The translations under genes and the position numbers were made by a program. Under the pieces are notes generated by a model. It was not told where the DNA came from, did no database searches, and saw only the letters and a list, made by a program, of their open reading frames with translations. A stretch of 30,335 bases of DNA from assembly GCA_030667285.1 (NCBI GenBank), contig DAOUWE010000001.1, positions 1-30,335 of the forward strand, written 5' to 3'. Positions 28,475 to 30,335 of this stretch are shown piece after piece. Every line of letters begins with the position of its first letter. Positions within the stretch are counted from its first letter, which is position 1. This DNA comes from Candidatus Shapirobacteria bacterium (GTDB lineage Bacteria > Patescibacteriota > Microgenomatia > UBA12405 > JAUWLS01).

Positions 28475-30276
28475 CTTGCCAACTCTACTCCGATTTTTAG
28501 ATCTTTTTTAATCTGATCAGAGTACAACAACTTTCCCGAAACTAAAACCGCTTCTGGATAAACCTGTAATGGGTTCCATCCTTCCGGCAAAGAAACCAAC
28601 AAGGAAAAAGGAGTCTTGTCCCTCCACCCTGCCTGCTTTTGTAAATAGTAAATAAATGACAAGTTATCGTCTACTTGGTCAAACCCTAAACTATATTTTA
28701 GTTCCACCTTTCTCTTTTCCAAAATTGGAACTGTCAACAAAAACCCAATCTCTTTTTTATCTCCCTTTATCTTCTCTGTCAAATCATCACTCTTTATTCT
28801 CTCTTCATCTACCATTATCCAATCCAGTTCCGCCTTCCTCGGAACATAAACTCTCACATAAGCCTTATAGTCCCCCGCCGGCCACGCCGAAGTTCTAGCT
28901 GTATTCTCATAACTTATTTTCAAAACACTGGAAAACTCATCCGAAGAAATATCCACCACTTGCTCCACGCTCCTTTTCAAAAAATAATTAGCCTTATTTA
29001 TTCCCACATTGGCCTCATTGATATGCAGGTAATTAACCACGCAATTCTCTTTTTTCCCACAACTTACTCTTTCTAATTGTCCATTCCATCCCAAATCAGA
29101 AAGTATCCGCTCTGCTTCCTCTGCCCCGTTCATACCAATCATCAACTCTCCCTCTTCCAATGCTTCCAAAAGCGCTCCTCCTAATTCAAAATATTTATCC
29201 GGACCAAGAAGTTTTATCTCTTCCAAAAGTACGTTTCCCAACATTCCTAAGAAAGTAGCTTTTTGAGAAGATCCCGGAAAAAACTTATTTTCCGAATAAA
29301 GCTCTGCCTGCTCATAAAGATTATCTACTGTTATTTCTTCCTCGTAATCCGGAATATAAACCTTTTCCAAAACCTCCACTATTTTCTCGGCCACGGCTAA
29401 ATTCATTCCAATTACGCCATCTACTTTCTTTCCCATTTCTTTTTCCAAAAACCAATTAATATCCTCTACCGATTCCAAAAAATCAGGCTCCCAGTTAGCA
29501 TCCCGTAGGTACCATCCTGGTTCTCCCAAATATTTCTTCAGCTCTTCTGGTGGCTCCACATGCCCCTTGAGTTGTCCATCCAAACTGTAAACATCTCTAA
29601 CGGTAAAATCCAAAAACTGCCCGTCTTCGAGACTCAAAAATCCCACCGAGCCAATAAACCCACCGGTCGGTCTAATTTCCATTTCATTCTGTAAAAGCAC
29701 CAGAAACTCTCTTCTATTTCCGCCCACACCCAACATATAAGACCAAGTCTCTAGGCTTTTTTTCAAGAGCACTATTTTTTCCTTCTCATCACCTATCTTC
29801 TCTGCCATTTTTCTTGGTTCCATTCTCCATTTCCCGGGCAACCATCCCCAGTCCCCACCCAGTCTGGCCTGTACCATCGACAATCTCTCTTCTAAATCCC
29901 CTAGTCCCAATTCCATTTGAGCCATGCTTCCTTCCCAATCAACAACTTTTCTCTGAAAAACTCCTTCAGAAAGGACACTACCGATTTTCGCCAACTCTAA
30001 TCCTATCTCACCTACTTCTAAAATCTCCCTCTCTAAAACCACCAAGTCGGAAAATCTTCTTCCCCACTGCCAATCTCTCATTTCCCATCTTTCTATTTTT
30101 GACTCCAATCCGGAAACCCTTCTTTCGCTTTTCTCTAAAAGCTCACTCGCTAAAATCCAGTTTTTAGATACTACCATCGGTTCAACTTTCTTCAAATCAC
30201 TATAAACCCGATAAGTATCCACCGCCATCAAAAGAGGGATCGTCAACAACCACAAAAAAACAAGCACAAGAACCAA
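28471..30276 (-). CDS. DUF4012-domain membrane-anchored protein (start uncertain)
   Basis: LVLLQNEMEIRPTGGFIGS, DVYSLDGQL, W.LRDANWEPDF, DGVIGMNL, NVG.NKAN, G.YK.YVRVYVP, KQAG motifs. TGA stop overlaps the RNHCP ATG (ATGA). Confidence 0.85.
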   Translation of the reverse strand: MVLVLVFLWLLTIPLLMAVDTYRVYSDLKKVEPMVVSKNWILASELLEKSERRVSGLESKIERWEMRDWQWGRRFSDLVVLEREILEVGEIGLELAKIGSVLSEGVFQRKVVDWEGSMAQMELGLGDLEERLSMVQARLGGDWGWLPGKWRMEPRKMAEKIGDEKEKIVLLKKSLETWSYMLGVGGNRREFLVLLQNEMEIRPTGGFIGSVGFLSLEDGQFLDFTVRDVYSLDGQLKGHVEPPEELKKYLGEPGWYLRDANWEPDFLESVEDINWFLEKEMGKKVDGVIGMNLAVAEKIVEVLEKVYIPDYEEEITVDNLYEQAELYSENKFFPGSSQKATFLGMLGNVLLEEIKLLGPDKYFELGGALLEALEEGELMIGMNGAEEAERILSDLGWNGQLERVSCGKKENCVVNYLHINEANVGINKANYFLKRSVEQVVDISSDEFSSVLKISYENTARTSAWPAGDYKAYVRVYVPRKAELDWIMVDEERIKSDDLTEKIKGDKKEIGFLLTVPILEKRKVELKYSLGFDQVDDNLSFIYYLQKQAGWRDKTPFSLLVSLPEGWNPLQVYPEAVLVSGKLLYSDQIKKDLKIGVELAR

Positions 30277-30335
30277 ACCAAGTCGATTTTTCCACTAACA
30301 CTTTTTTATCTCTCCGGTCACCAAATGCACTGTTT

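Overview
This is a chromosomal window from a small-genome bacterium, most likely Patescibacteria/CPR of the Microgenomates type. That assignment is an inference from gene content (VirB2-like pilin array, DUF4012, RNHCP and dockerin-like proteins), 23S features and strong C>G skew on the + strand. Housekeeping content: rho (cut by the window edge, missed by the ORF track), radA broken by one in-frame TGA at a conserved Gly, rpsA, ftsH, and a tRNA-Ala/23S/5S operon with its own promoter and no 16S. tRNA-Ile(GAT) lies on the opposite strand, separated from that operon by a GH18 gene. The accessory core (about 10.5-19.9 kb) is a three-gene peptide-ligation operon (7TM protein, ATP-grasp/aspartic-protease fusion, RimK-like ligase). 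It is transcribed back-to-back with six tandem T4SS-pilin-like genes, a secreted clan GH-A-like protein and a VirB6/TrbL-like membrane protein. Notable non-coding signals: nine genes have a -10 box only 5-7 nt before the start codon (apparent leaderless mRNAs), the 23S carries short hairpin insertions and a truncated L1-stalk helix, and a 74-nt hairpin lies upstream of rho. No CRISPR array, integrase, transposase or intron ORF was seen. All family assignments come from motif recognition by eye, not database searches.
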